From NCBI GenBank assembly GCA_959600635.1, contig CAUGMN010000005.1, forward strand, positions 1-59,301: a DNA stretch of 59,301 bases, read 5' to 3'. The translations under genes were made by a program, and so were the position numbers. This DNA comes from an uncultured Eubacteriales bacterium. GTDB taxonomy: Bacteria > Bacillota > Clostridia > Oscillospirales > QAMX01. The notes beneath the pieces were generated by a model that saw only the letters and a list, made by a program, of their open reading frames with translations, did no database searches and had not been told where the DNA came from. This document shows, piece after piece, positions 38,741 to 48,818 of the stretch; position 1 is the stretch's first letter, and every line of letters starts with the position of its first letter.

Positions 38741-38810
38741 GCACCGACGCCGGGTCGGGCGATATGGCGTTTTGCTCTGTCGCCCGCCCGTGTGTCGGTG
38801 TTCTGTTTTT
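38741..38810 (+). terminator. long hairpin plus T-tract between rpmA and obg (terminator or attenuator)
   Basis: GCACCGAC..CGGGTCGGGCGA / TCGCCCGCCCG..GTCGGTG followed by TTCTGTTTTT. Confidence 0.45.
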
Positions 38811-38839
38811 AGGTCTGATGGAGAAAGAGGGCGTTGCAG

Positions 38840-40111
38840 ATGTTTGTAGATGTGGCGGAGATTTTAGTCAGAGCCGGCCGCGGCGGCAACGGCGCGGTCG
38901 CGTTTCACCGCGAAAAGTATGTTCCGGCCGGCGGCCCCGACGGCGGCGACGGCGGCGACGGCGGCGACGTCATTCTGGAAGTGGACGACAATATGTCCAC
39001 GCTGATGGACTTTAAGTACAAAAAGAAATACGTCGCGCCCAACGGCGAGGACGGCCGCGGCGCGCGCTGCTTCGGAAAAGGCGGCAAGGCGTTAAAAATC
39101 CGCGTTCCGCGCGGAACGCTCGTGCGCGACAAGGCGAGCGGAGCGCTGCTCGCCGACATGAGCGAAACGGAAACGTTTACGGTCGCCAAGGGCGGCCGCG
39201 GCGGGTGGGGCAACGCGCATTTCGCCACGCCGACGAGGCAGACGCCGAGATTTGCCAAATCGGGGCTGGACGGCGAGGAGCGGCAGATCGTTTTGGAATT
39301 AAAGCTGCTCGCCGACGTGGGCCTGATCGGCTTTCCAAACGTCGGTAAATCGACGCTGCTCAGCATCATCAGCGCTGCCCGCCCGAAAATCGCCAACTAT
39401 CATTTTACGACGCTGGTGCCAAATCTCGGCATCGTTTCGGTCGGCGACCATACGTCGTTCGCCGTCGCCGATATCCCGGGGCTGATCGAGGGCGCTTCGG
39501 ACGGCGCGGGGCTCGGCATCGATTTTCTGCGCCATGTGGAGCGCTGCCGTCTGCTGATTCATGTGGTCGACGTGGCGGGCAGCGAGGGCCGGGATCCCGT
39601 CGAGGATTTTGAGCAGATCAATTCAGAGCTGTTTTTGTATTCCGAGGAGCTCGCCTCGCGGCCGCAGATTGTCGCCGCCAACAAGGCCGACCTGATCGAG
39701 GACGAGGCGGTATACGAGCGCTTTGCACAGCACTGTGAATCGTATGGAATGCCCGTTTTCAGACTCTCGGCCGCGACGACGCAGGGGGTGCGCGAGCTGA
39801 TCAACCATGCGGCGGAAATGCTCCAAAAGCTCCCGCCGATCCGCGTTTATGAGCCGGATCCTGTGGTACAGGAGGAGAAAACGAAGGAGGAGACCTTTAC
39901 CATTGCGCGGCGCGAGGACGGCGCTTATGTCGTTGCCGGCAAAAAGCTGCTCGCCGCGATCGCTATGGTCAACCCTGACGACTATGAATCGCTCAACTTC
40001 ATGCAGCGCGTGCTGCGGACAAACGGCGTTTTCGACCGCTTGGAAGCGATGGGCATTCAGGAGGGCGACACGGTCTCGATCAACAATTTTGAATTTGAAT
40101 ACGTGCGCTGA
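38840..40111 (+). CDS. obg: GTPase Obg/CgtA
   Basis: Begins MFVD. Gly-rich Obg fold (GGDGGDGGD), G1 motif GFPNVGKST, DIPGLIEGA, NKAD, and a C-terminal TGS-like domain. Confidence 0.95.
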   Translation: MFVDVAEILVRAGRGGNGAVAFHREKYVPAGGPDGGDGGDGGDVILEVDDNMSTLMDFKYKKKYVAPNGEDGRGARCFGKGGKALKIRVPRGTLVRDKASGALLADMSETETFTVAKGGRGGWGNAHFATPTRQTPRFAKSGLDGEERQIVLELKLLADVGLIGFPNVGKSTLLSIISAARPKIANYHFTTLVPNLGIVSVGDHTSFAVADIPGLIEGASDGAGLGIDFLRHVERCRLLIHVVDVAGSEGRDPVEDFEQINSELFLYSEELASRPQIVAANKADLIEDEAVYERFAQHCESYGMPVFRLSAATTQGVRELINHAAEMLQKLPPIRVYEPDPVVQEEKTKEETFTIARREDGAYVVAGKKLLAAIAMVNPDDYESLNFMQRVLRTNGVFDRLEAMGIQEGDTVSINNFEFEYVR

Positions 40112-40280
40112 GGGGATAGGCCGTTCCGAGGGTTACGGTTTTGCAGCACGGCGCCGCATCAGAATCGACCGCTCTCGTATCGGCGATGGGTGATGGACCG
40201 CTCGCCTGTACGCGCTGGGCTTGGATGAGGATGGAAGCGCGTATGCAACGGAGCGCCGCTTGACACGACAGGAGGAAGCC

Positions 40281-41234
40281 ATGAACGGTGAATCCCGTTT
40301 ATTTCGGGAATTGTCCAAGGATCAAATCGAGGAAATCCTGTTTTTTCATTTTCAAGAAGCCGGATCCGGATACAGCTTATTGGAAGGCGGAATGTTCAAT
40401 ACGACTTACTCTGTTACGCTCTCCGGCGGAAAGCGCTATGTTCTTAGGGTAGGTCCCGTCAACCGCCATCTGCTGTTGCCGTTTGAAACCGCTTTGATGA
40501 CTTCGGAAAAATGGTTTTATCAGCTGTGCGCCGGTAAAAACGTACCGGTCCCAAAAGTCGTGGCCTGTGTGACGGATCAAAAACGGATCGATCGAGATTA
40601 TATGATTACGGAGTACATAGACAGCGTCTGTCTGAACTCTGAGAAGATTTCAACAAGAGAAAAACAAAAGCTTTACTTTGAACTCGGAAGTATTACAGCC
40701 AATTTCCATGCCATAGAAGGGCGACAATTCGGCAGAGTTTCCGACGTCATGACCGGAAGAGGATATGAGAGCTGGGGGAGATATTTGCGGTCGGAATTTT
40801 CTCAGACGGTCGAGCGTTTAAAACCATATCGTCTATTTGATGGCGGGATTTTGGACAAAATAGAGCAAATCCCGGTTGTGTATGGCGAGGTACTAAACGA
40901 CATACAAAAAGCGCAGCTGGTTCATGCGGACTTATGGGAGGGAAATGTGCTAATCTCTCCGAGTCATCGGCGAGTCGCCGCTGTGATTGATGCGGACAGA
41001 GGCTTATTCGGCGATGCCGCCTACGAATTTGCAGGGGGATGGATGAAAAGCGACGCTTTCTTCGCCGGCTATGGGGAGGTGGACCTCGGCCATCCCAGAG
41101 CCGCGTTGCGTCAGAAAATTTACAGGCTCTTATATCGTCTGATAGATACTTATGTATACTTTGTGGAATATAACGACACGGAAAACGGCGATCAGACAAG
41201 AAAAATCGTCTTGGAGTTAGCAGCAGAATTATGA
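40281..41234 (+). CDS. phosphotransferase-family kinase (APH/choline-kinase fold)
   Basis: ATG follows AGGAGGAA. Catalytic loop HADLWEGNVL and DADR. G+C looks lower than flanking DNA by eye. Confidence 0.75.
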   Translation: MNGESRLFRELSKDQIEEILFFHFQEAGSGYSLLEGGMFNTTYSVTLSGGKRYVLRVGPVNRHLLLPFETALMTSEKWFYQLCAGKNVPVPKVVACVTDQKRIDRDYMITEYIDSVCLNSEKISTREKQKLYFELGSITANFHAIEGRQFGRVSDVMTGRGYESWGRYLRSEFSQTVERLKPYRLFDGGILDKIEQIPVVYGEVLNDIQKAQLVHADLWEGNVLISPSHRRVAAVIDADRGLFGDAAYEFAGGWMKSDAFFAGYGEVDLGHPRAALRQKIYRLLYRLIDTYVYFVEYNDTENGDQTRKIVLELAAEL

Positions 41235-41466
41235 CGGTTCTTTGAGGAACAAGTATGAAACCGACATCCAGCCGGATTGACCGGTCAGGGCATAAGCGCC
41301 TGTTTCACGAGCGGGCTGCAACCGGCTGAAAGCCGGGCGAGATGGCGCCAACAGACGGCGCGCAGCGAGAAACAGGCAAGGGTACTTTGATTTCGGCTGC
41401 TTTAAACGGCGCAGGCAAACCGCCGCGGCAGCGAAAAGCAATCGGGCGGATTAGGGGAAGGGATTT

Positions 41467-42624
41467 ATGGAAAAGTTTTCATTTTACGCGCACGGCGGCA
41501 GTCAAAATCACGGCTGCGAGGCCATCGCGCGGACGAGCGCCAACATGCTCGGCGGCGGGGTCACGCTTTACTCCCAGTCGCCGGAGGAGGATCTGGCCTA
41601 CGGGCTGGACGCCTTGATGAAGGTAGAAAAATGCGGCGATCGCGTGCGGCGCTATTCGCCGCGCCATATTGCCTATAAGCTTTGGAGCTATGTCGGGGGG
41701 ATGGACGCGCGCTATCGCTACGAATACCGGCGTTTTCTGGAAAACGCTTCCGGCCTCTGCCTGTCCATCGGCGGCGACAACTATTGTTACGATTATCAAT
41801 GGCTGCTGGCGGTCAACCGCGCGGTTGCCGCGCAGGGCGGCAAGACCGTGCTCTGGGCCTGCTCCATCGAGCCGGACGCGCTGAAAGACGGGGCGCTGTT
41901 GGCCGATCTGCAATCCTATTCGCTGATCACCGCGCGCGAGTCGCTGACCTATGAGGCGCTGTTGGCCGCGGGTATTGAAAAACACACCCGCCTGTTTCCC
42001 GATCCCGCGTTCACGCTGGCAACGGCGCGCGCTTTGTTGCCGGAGGGATTTCACGATGGAAATACCGTAGGGGTGAATTTGAGCCCGCTGATTATGTCCT
42101 GCGAGACAAAGGAAGGGGCGGCCTTCCGAAACTTTGAGGCGCTTATCGAGCATATCCTCCGTACGTCGGACATGCAGGTGGCGCTGATTCCGCATGTCGT
42201 CTGGGCCTATAACGACGACCGCAAGCCGCTGCGCGCCTTGTACGAACGGTTTGCGGATACCGGCCGCGTCGTTTTGATCGGGGACGCGGGCGCCGAGGAA
42301 CTGAAAGGCGTCATCGCCCGCTGCCGTTTCTTTATCGGCGCGCGCACACACGCGACCATCGCCGCCTATTCCTCCTGCGTCCCGACGCTGGTGGTCGGCT
42401 ATTCCGTCAAGGCAAAGGGGATTGCCAAGGATTTGTTTGGAACGTATGAGCGCTATGTTCTGCCGGTGCAGTCGCTTTCGCGCGAGGAGGAGCTGACCGA
42501 GGCGTTTACATGGCTGACCGAACAGGAAAAAGAGATCCGCGCGCACCTGCAAACGCTCATGCCGGAATACGTCGCACGCGCTTACGGCGCGGCGGAAGAG
42601 GTCAAAAAGCTCTATGAACGGTAA
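41467..42624 (+). CDS. polysaccharide pyruvyl transferase family protein
   Basis: 385 aa. N-terminal GGSQNHGCEAI, and C-terminal RFFIGARTHATIAAYS typical of the PS_pyruv_trans (CsaB/WcaK-like) family. Confidence 0.8.
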   Translation: MEKFSFYAHGGSQNHGCEAIARTSANMLGGGVTLYSQSPEEDLAYGLDALMKVEKCGDRVRRYSPRHIAYKLWSYVGGMDARYRYEYRRFLENASGLCLSIGGDNYCYDYQWLLAVNRAVAAQGGKTVLWACSIEPDALKDGALLADLQSYSLITARESLTYEALLAAGIEKHTRLFPDPAFTLATARALLPEGFHDGNTVGVNLSPLIMSCETKEGAAFRNFEALIEHILRTSDMQVALIPHVVWAYNDDRKPLRALYERFADTGRVVLIGDAGAEELKGVIARCRFFIGARTHATIAAYSSCVPTLVVGYSVKAKGIAKDLFGTYERYVLPVQSLSREEELTEAFTWLTEQEKEIRAHLQTLMPEYVARAYGAAEEVKKLYER

Positions 42625-44158
42625 AATCAATCAGCTCCGCGCGGGCGTCGTGCTCACCTATGTGTCTCTCGGCGTCGGCTATCTGGTGTCGATGGTCTTC
42701 ACGCCGGTGATGATCCGCATGCTCGGGCAGAACGAATACGGGTTGTACACGCTCGTGCTGTCCGTCGCCGCGTACTTGAACCTGCTCAATTTCGGCTTCG
42801 GAGCCTCATATATGCGCTTTTACGCGCGTTTCCGCGAACACGGCACGGAAGACGATATCAAGCGTCTGAACGGGCTGTTTTTGCTGACCTTCATTGTCAT
42901 CGCCGCCGTCGCGCTCGCAGCGGGGCTGATGGTCGCCGAAAACGTGGATCTGCTGAAAAAAACGCTGACGCCCGATGAGGTCGCCAGAGCGCGGGTGCTG
43001 ATCCGCGTGCTGTCAATCAACCTCGCGTTTACGCTGATCGCCAGCGTTTTCACCTCGTTTATCACCGCGCAGGAGCGCTTTGTCTTTCAGAAGAGCGTCC
43101 AGATCGTCAAAAACCTGCTGTCGCCTGTCGCCATGCTCGCGGCGCTGCTTTTGGGCTATGCTTCGTTCGGCCTCGTCGTCGTCACGCTGGCGCTGACCGT
43201 ACTGACCGACGCCTGCAATATCTGGTACTGTCTCAAACGCCTCGGGATGCGCTTCCGCTTTTCGGGTCTGCGCTGGGGATTGTTCCGCGAAATCGCCGTC
43301 TTTTCCTCGTTTATCTTTATCAATATCGTCGTCGATCAAATTAACTGGAACGTCGGCAATATCCTGCTCGCCGCCTACCACGGCACGCTGCTCGTCTCCG
43401 TTTTCGGGCTGGCGTCGCAGCTCAACAACTACTACGTCTCGTTTTCCACGGCGGTCTCCGCAGTGTTTGTCCCCAAAGTGAACACGCTGATCGCCAAAAA
43501 CAGCGACAGCGATCTCACAGAGCTGTTCATCCGCGTCGGCCGCGTTCAGTTTTTGATTCTTATGCTCGTCTGCACCGGTTTTGTGCTGTTCGGAAAGCCC
43601 TTTATCGCCCTGTGGGGCGGACCGGGCTACGAGGACGCGTATTATGTCGCGCTGCTGCTGATCGTGCCGGTCACCGTGCCGTCGATTCAGAACATCGGCA
43701 TTGAGATCCAGCGCGCCAAGAATATGCACCGGTTCCGGTCGCTGGTCTATATCGTCATGGCGGCGGTCAACGTGCTCATCGGCGTGCTGCTCTGCCCACG
43801 CTACGGCGCGGTCGGCTGCGCGGCCGGCACGGCGCTCTCGCTGATTCTCGGCAACGGCGTCATCATGAACATTTACTATCACCGCAAAATCGGACTGGAC
43901 ATGATCCGCTTCTGGAAGAGCATGCTCTCGTTTGTGCCGGCGCTCCTCGCGCCGCTGGCGGCAGGCGTTTTGCTGGCGGTGTTCGTCGATACGTCGAGGC
44001 CGCTTTGGCTGGTCGCCTGTATCGCCGCTTATGCCGCCGTATACTGCGCTTCCATGTGGCTGATCGGCATGAATTCGTATGAAAAAAGCTTGATTTCAAG
44101 GCCGGCTGCGAAGCTTTTTCGCCGCCTGACCGGCCGAAAAGCAGAGAGAAAGGGTTGA
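42614..44158 (+). CDS. Wzx-type oligosaccharide flippase (MOP superfamily)
   Basis: 514 aa with about 12-14 TM segments. N-terminal LGQNEYGLY motif. Overlaps the upstream gene by 11 nt. Confidence 0.8.
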   Translation: MNGKINQLRAGVVLTYVSLGVGYLVSMVFTPVMIRMLGQNEYGLYTLVLSVAAYLNLLNFGFGASYMRFYARFREHGTEDDIKRLNGLFLLTFIVIAAVALAAGLMVAENVDLLKKTLTPDEVARARVLIRVLSINLAFTLIASVFTSFITAQERFVFQKSVQIVKNLLSPVAMLAALLLGYASFGLVVVTLALTVLTDACNIWYCLKRLGMRFRFSGLRWGLFREIAVFSSFIFINIVVDQINWNVGNILLAAYHGTLLVSVFGLASQLNNYYVSFSTAVSAVFVPKVNTLIAKNSDSDLTELFIRVGRVQFLILMLVCTGFVLFGKPFIALWGGPGYEDAYYVALLLIVPVTVPSIQNIGIEIQRAKNMHRFRSLVYIVMAAVNVLIGVLLCPRYGAVGCAAGTALSLILGNGVIMNIYYHRKIGLDMIRFWKSMLSFVPALLAPLAAGVLLAVFVDTSRPLWLVACIAAYAAVYCASMWLIGMNSYEKSLISRPAAKLFRRLTGRKAERKG

Positions 44159-45318
44159 CCGGGTTGCATTTTCCCATCGAAGGACAGAGCGCCTGCACAG
44201 GCTGCGGCGCCTGCGCGCTGCGCTGTCCAAAAGGCTGTATTGAAATGAATCCCGATGCAGAGGGCTTTTTCTGTCCGGTGATCGACGAGGAAGCGTGTGC
44301 GGACTGCGGCGCCTGCGCGGCGGTTTGTCCGGTCAACCACCGGCCGGAGCTGCCGAAAGCGCCGGAGGCCTATGCGGCGTACAGCCTCGACGAGGCGGTG
44401 CGCCGGGGCAGCTCGTCCGGCGGCGTCTTCACGGAGCTGGCCGCGACGGTGCTGGCTGGGGGCGGTACCGTCGCGGGGGCGGCGCTGGAAACCGACGGCG
44501 TTGTGCGCCATATCGTCGTCGAGGACGAGGCGGGGCTCATGAAGCTACGCGGTTCAAAATATGTGCAGAGCGAGGCGTGGCATGTCTATGCGCCGGTACG
44601 GGCGCTGCTCGAAAGCGGCCGCGCGGTGCTGTTCACGGGAACGCCGTGCCAGGCGGCCGGGCTTGCGGCCTATCTCGGCCGCCCGTACGAGCGGCTCGTG
44701 ATCGCCGACCTGATCTGTCACGGCGCGCCGTCGCCGGCCGTCTGGAAAAGATATCTGGATTTCCGCGCCGGACAAGCCGGCGCGCCGCTGCGCCATGCCG
44801 AGTTTCGCAACAAAGACGCGGGCTGGAAGCGCTACCGCGTCAAGCTGCGCTTTGAAAACGGCCGTGAATACAGCGCCGCGGCGGCGGCCGACCCGTATAT
44901 GCGCGCTTTTCTCAAAAACGCCTCGCTGCGGCCGTCGTGCCACGACTGTTCCTTTAAGGGCGCGCACCGCGCCGCCGACCTGACGCTCGCCGATTTCTGG
45001 GGCGTGGAAAAACTGCAACCGGCGTTGGGGAGCGGCGACGAGGGCGTGTCGCTCGTGCTCGTCCACACGGACAAGGGCGCGCGCCTGCTGAAAGACAGCG
45101 CCGCGCGGCTCTGTCTGGCTGAGACGGAGGCGGCGCCCGCGCTCGCGGAAAACGCTTCCTATCACCGCTCGTCGCCGGTTCACCGCCATCGCCCGCGCTT
45201 CTTCGCCGAGCTGCACCGGCAGCCCTTTGACCGCCTCGCCGGCCGGTATTGCCGGGATGGTTTCGCGCAGCGGCTGCGGGCGCTGGCGGGAAAGGTAAAA
45301 CGCCGGATTTTCCGGTAG
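44155..45318 (+). CDS. FrhB-like (coenzyme F420 hydrogenase/dehydrogenase beta family) protein with N-terminal 2x[4Fe-4S] ferredoxin domain
   Basis: TTG start overlaps the flippase stop. Contains CTGCGACALRCP and CADCGACAAVCP, then GSSSGGVF, KYVQS and FTGTPCQAAGL. Confidence 0.7.
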   Translation: MTGLHFPIEGQSACTGCGACALRCPKGCIEMNPDAEGFFCPVIDEEACADCGACAAVCPVNHRPELPKAPEAYAAYSLDEAVRRGSSSGGVFTELAATVLAGGGTVAGAALETDGVVRHIVVEDEAGLMKLRGSKYVQSEAWHVYAPVRALLESGRAVLFTGTPCQAAGLAAYLGRPYERLVIADLICHGAPSPAVWKRYLDFRAGQAGAPLRHAEFRNKDAGWKRYRVKLRFENGREYSAAAAADPYMRAFLKNASLRPSCHDCSFKGAHRAADLTLADFWGVEKLQPALGSGDEGVSLVLVHTDKGARLLKDSAARLCLAETEAAPALAENASYHRSSPVHRHRPRFFAELHRQPFDRLAGRYCRDGFAQRLRALAGKVKRRIFR

Positions 45319-45376
45319 GACGCGCCGACGGCCTGTCCGAGAGAAGCTCTATACGGGCGGAGGGGAGTGCGGAATC

Positions 45377-46093
45377 ATGACGCTCATTCGGGCGATTATG
45401 GAATACAACGCGGACGGATGCCTGCTTTACGCTGAGAATTTTACCGGCGCATACGCGCGAGGGAAAGATCTGGCGGAGGCTGCGGCAAAATTTCCCGACG
45501 AAATTCGCCGCTACCGGCGCTGGCTGGGGGAAGCCGGCGCCGACGGAGAACCCTGTGAGGTACAGGTCGTTGAGAAAAAGGAGAGCCGCCTGCAAGTCTG
45601 CGATGCGGACAGCGACGTGCTGTTTCACAGCGAGCGGGCGCCGCTGAGCCGGGAGGAATACACGGCGCTGAGAGATCTCGCGCTCAGATCCGCGGAGGAT
45701 TTTCAGCGCCTTTACGATTCCATTGCCGATAAAACCCATACCGTATTGTCTCCGCGGAAAACCTTTTACGGCGACGTGCCGCTGACGGCGGAGGCGATGT
45801 ATGCGCACACCCAAAACGTCAACGGCTATTACTTCGGCGAGATCGGCGTCGAGGCGGATAATGGGCCGGACATCGCGGCCTGCCGGAGAGCGGGCTTTGC
45901 GGCGCTGGAAGCGGCGGAAGGTTTTCTCCGCAATCCGGTATGGGACGGGAGCTGGGGCGAGCAGTGGACGCTGCGCAAGCTCTGCCGCCGTTTCGTCTGG
46001 CACGACCGTATCCACGCCCGGACGATGTACCGGATGGCGTCGAGACTCTGCGGCGCGGCCAAACCTGCCGATCCGTTCTGTTTTTCGCTCTGA
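45377..46093 (+). CDS. hypothetical protein (possible HicB-like N-terminal fold plus DinB-like C-terminal region)
   Basis: GGAGGGGAG RBS. 238 aa with no firm motifs. The domain suggestion is impressionistic. Confidence 0.55.
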   Translation: MTLIRAIMEYNADGCLLYAENFTGAYARGKDLAEAAAKFPDEIRRYRRWLGEAGADGEPCEVQVVEKKESRLQVCDADSDVLFHSERAPLSREEYTALRDLALRSAEDFQRLYDSIADKTHTVLSPRKTFYGDVPLTAEAMYAHTQNVNGYYFGEIGVEADNGPDIAACRRAGFAALEAAEGFLRNPVWDGSWGEQWTLRKLCRRFVWHDRIHARTMYRMASRLCGAAKPADPFCFSL

Positions 46094-46172
46094 ATGCGGG
46101 AAAAATCAGGCGTTTTCGGAGTCCGCGACCGTCAAGGCGACGGGCCGGAGAGGGAAATAAGGAGGAAGGATC

Positions 46173-46925
46173 ATGCAATATGCGGACAATCCCTATTCGG
46201 ACCGGGAGCGGCGCTATGCGCTCCCGACGGATGTTTCCATGTATAATGTGCGCGGCGCTTTTTATCCGGCCGCGATTCAGCGCATGGCGGTCGGGATGAT
46301 TGAAAACCATCTGGAAAAGCTGGGCATGGACGCGCCGCGGCTGGTTCGGGAATACGGCGTGTCGTGGGTGCTGCTCTCTTTCAGCGCCGAGCTGCGCCGG
46401 CCCCTTCGGCCGGCTGAAGCGTATACGGCGAGGACGTGGCATACCCGCGCCAAGCCGCCGATCTTTCGCCGCGATTTTGTGATCTGCGACGCGGCGGAGC
46501 AGGTGACGGCGGTCGGCGCGACCTTTTCGACGCTGCTCGACGTCAAAAAGCGCCGGATCTGTACCGACAGGGCGCTGCTCGGCCGCTTTTGCCTGCCGGA
46601 CGGCGAGGAACTGCTCGACGCGGATCACCGCTTTTCCGCTGACGCGGCATTTCGCGAGGTGGAGCGGCGGCGCGTGCGGCCGAGCTGGCTCGACGGGGTT
46701 GGGCACGTGAACAACCTCCGCTATGCCGAGCTCGCCTATGACGCGCTCGACGAGGGCGAGCGGCTTCGGGCCGACGCGCTGCGGCGCATGGACGTGTGGT
46801 TCCGCACCGAGCTGACCGATGGGACGGAATTTTCAATGGAGAAAGCGGCAGAGGGCGAAGCGCTGCTGTTGCGGGGCGTGATCCAGCCGTCCGGCCAGCC
46901 GGCCTTTGTCGTCCGGCTGGCGTAA
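46173..46925 (+). CDS. acyl-ACP thioesterase family protein (hotdog fold)
   Basis: AAGGAGGAAGG RBS. WVLLSFSAELRRP...TARTWH...FRRDFVI and DGVGHVNNLRYAE resemble the Acyl-ACP_TE family. Confidence 0.65.
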   Translation: MQYADNPYSDRERRYALPTDVSMYNVRGAFYPAAIQRMAVGMIENHLEKLGMDAPRLVREYGVSWVLLSFSAELRRPLRPAEAYTARTWHTRAKPPIFRRDFVICDAAEQVTAVGATFSTLLDVKKRRICTDRALLGRFCLPDGEELLDADHRFSADAAFREVERRRVRPSWLDGVGHVNNLRYAELAYDALDEGERLRADALRRMDVWFRTELTDGTEFSMEKAAEGEALLLRGVIQPSGQPAFVVRLA

Positions 46926-47125
46926 TGACGCCGTTTGGCAAATGAGCCGGTTTCTCCTCCGCACACAGGCACTGTCAACGATGGAATGCACGTAGAGAAG
47001 CAATGCTTTTCCTTTTTTGATTTACAGGGCTCCATCAGAAAAGACAACGCCGGTTCACGAGGGATCAGGGATATATCAACAATGAGCAAAGCTTAAAAAA
47101 ATGATACAGATTGGGGAAGACAAGG

Positions 47126-47941
47126 ATGAAAGATATTTTGACAGCGCCTTTTGTGCAGGAAATGTGCGATACAACGGCGAATATGTACCGATTCGGCTGG
47201 GATGAGAGAAATGGCGGCAATATCAGCTATCTGCTGGATACGGAAACGGTCGCCGAATATCTTGACCTGAATCAGGTAGTGAGGACCATCCCGACCGGAT
47301 TTGAGGCAAAAGCGCTGATCGGGAAAATCTTTATTGTAACCGGTACGGGCAAATATTTTAAAAATATCAGGGTCGATCCTGAAAACTGTCTCGGTATCAT
47401 CCGGGTGGCGGAGGACGGCACAACCGCCGAGCTCCTTTGGGGATATTCAGACGGGGGAACGTTTACCAGCGAGCTGCCCGCGCATCTGATGAGCCATATG
47501 GCGAGGTTAGCGGTTGATCCGCAGAACAGAGTGGTGCTGCATAGTCATCCGACCAATACGCTGGCGATGAATTATATACACGAGCTGGACGAAAAAAAGT
47601 TTACTCATACATTATGGGAAATGTGTACGGAATGTATCGCCGTATTCCCTGACGGCGTAGGGGTTTTGCCGTGGATGCTCTGCGGAACAAACGAGATCGG
47701 ACAGGCGACGGCGGAAAAAATGCGCGAGTTCAGGCTGGTGATCTGGGGGATGCACGGTATCTATGGCGCGGGCAGAACCATGGACGAGGCCTTCGGTTTG
47801 ATTGAAACCGTAGAAAAGGCGGCGCAAATCTATATGCTCACCGCCCATCTGCCGCGGGTGAATACGATTCAGGACGCCCAAATGCAGCAGCTTGCTGAAT
47901 TTTTCCATGTGGATTACCGGAAAGACTTTTTGAATCTCTGA
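47126..47941 (+). CDS. rhaD: rhamnulose-1-phosphate aldolase (class II aldolase)
   Basis: N-terminus FVQEMCDTTANMYRFGWDERNGGNIS closely parallels enterobacterial RhaD. Contains HSHP. G+C looks lower by eye. Confidence 0.8.
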   Translation: MKDILTAPFVQEMCDTTANMYRFGWDERNGGNISYLLDTETVAEYLDLNQVVRTIPTGFEAKALIGKIFIVTGTGKYFKNIRVDPENCLGIIRVAEDGTTAELLWGYSDGGTFTSELPAHLMSHMARLAVDPQNRVVLHSHPTNTLAMNYIHELDEKKFTHTLWEMCTECIAVFPDGVGVLPWMLCGTNEIGQATAEKMREFRLVIWGMHGIYGAGRTMDEAFGLIETVEKAAQIYMLTAHLPRVNTIQDAQMQQLAEFFHVDYRKDFLNL

Positions 47942-48017
47942 GCGTGAGAAAAAGCCTGTATGGCCAACTGAACCGCGCCGCCGCGCGGCCAAGCGGACAG
48001 ATATAAAAAAACCATTT

Positions 48018-48059
48018 TCATGACTTGCGCCCTGCCATACGGCAGGGCGCAAGTCATGA
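48018..48059. terminator. 19-bp perfect hairpin between convergent rhaD and the ABC operon (bidirectional terminator candidate)
   Basis: TCATGACTTGCGCCCTGCC-ATAC-GGCAGGGCGCAAGTCATGA, with A/T-rich flanks on both sides. Confidence 0.7.
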
Positions 48060-48080
48060 GGCCGAAAATACGGGCGATGG

Positions 48081-48818
48081 CTATGCCTCGGAGCAGAGAA
48101 AACCGTCGCGCATGGTCAGCATGACGTCGCAGCTCCGTCCGATTTCGGAGGAATGGGTGATGATGATACAGATGCGCTGCTGCTCGTGGGCGAGGCGGTT
48201 GATGATATCGATGATGTTGCGGCTGTTCTCGTTGTCGAGGTTGCCCGTCGGTTCGTCGGCGAGGATGACCGCCGGAGACGGGGCCAGCGCCCGCGCAATG
48301 GCAACGCGCTGCTGCTCGCCGCCGGACAGCTTGGTGCTCCGCTTCGCGCCCAACGCCTCGCTCAGCCCCACCTCGGCGAGCAGCTCGTTGGCGCGCTTCT
48401 TTTTGTCGCCCGCATAGCCGCACAGCTCTAAGCTCAGCTCGACGTTTTCGCGCGCCGTGAGCTGTGGCAGCAGGTAGAACGACTGAAAGATCATGCCGAT
48501 GTTGTCGCGGCGGTATTTGTGGCGGTCCAGCTCGGCGACGCTCGCGCCGTTGAAGAGTACCTCGCCTTTCCATGGGACGTCCAGACCGGCCATCACCGAC
48601 ATCAGCGTCGTCTTCCCGGAGCCGGAACGCCCCATGATCGCGTAGCTTTTCCCCGGCGTGAACCGATAGTTCGCCTCCTTCACCGCCTCCACGTATCCCG
48701 CCGGCGACGGGTATCGGTAGCCCAGTCCACGTATCTCCAAGACTGTCTGATTTGCGTCCATATGCTCCGTCCATTCCTTTCCGCTCCGCGCCGAATGCGC
48801 GAAGTCCAGCGTAATCAT
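48081..48818 (-). CDS. ABC transporter ATP-binding protein (MacB/LolD/FtsE class)
   Basis: Walker [10 protein letters not shown], signature LSGGEQQR, Walker [12 protein letters not shown]. The ATG at 48818 overlaps the upstream stop (ATGA). An internal ATG at 48761 is an alternative start. Confidence 0.9.
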   Translation of the reverse strand: MITLDFAHSARSGKEWTEHMDANQTVLEIRGLGYRYPSPAGYVEAVKEANYRFTPGKSYAIMGRSGSGKTTLMSVMAGLDVPWKGEVLFNGASVAELDRHKYRRDNIGMIFQSFYLLPQLTARENVELSLELCGYAGDKKKRANELLAEVGLSEALGAKRSTKLSGGEQQRVAIARALAPSPAVILADEPTGNLDNENSRNIIDIINRLAHEQQRICIIITHSSEIGRSCDVMLTMRDGFLCSEA

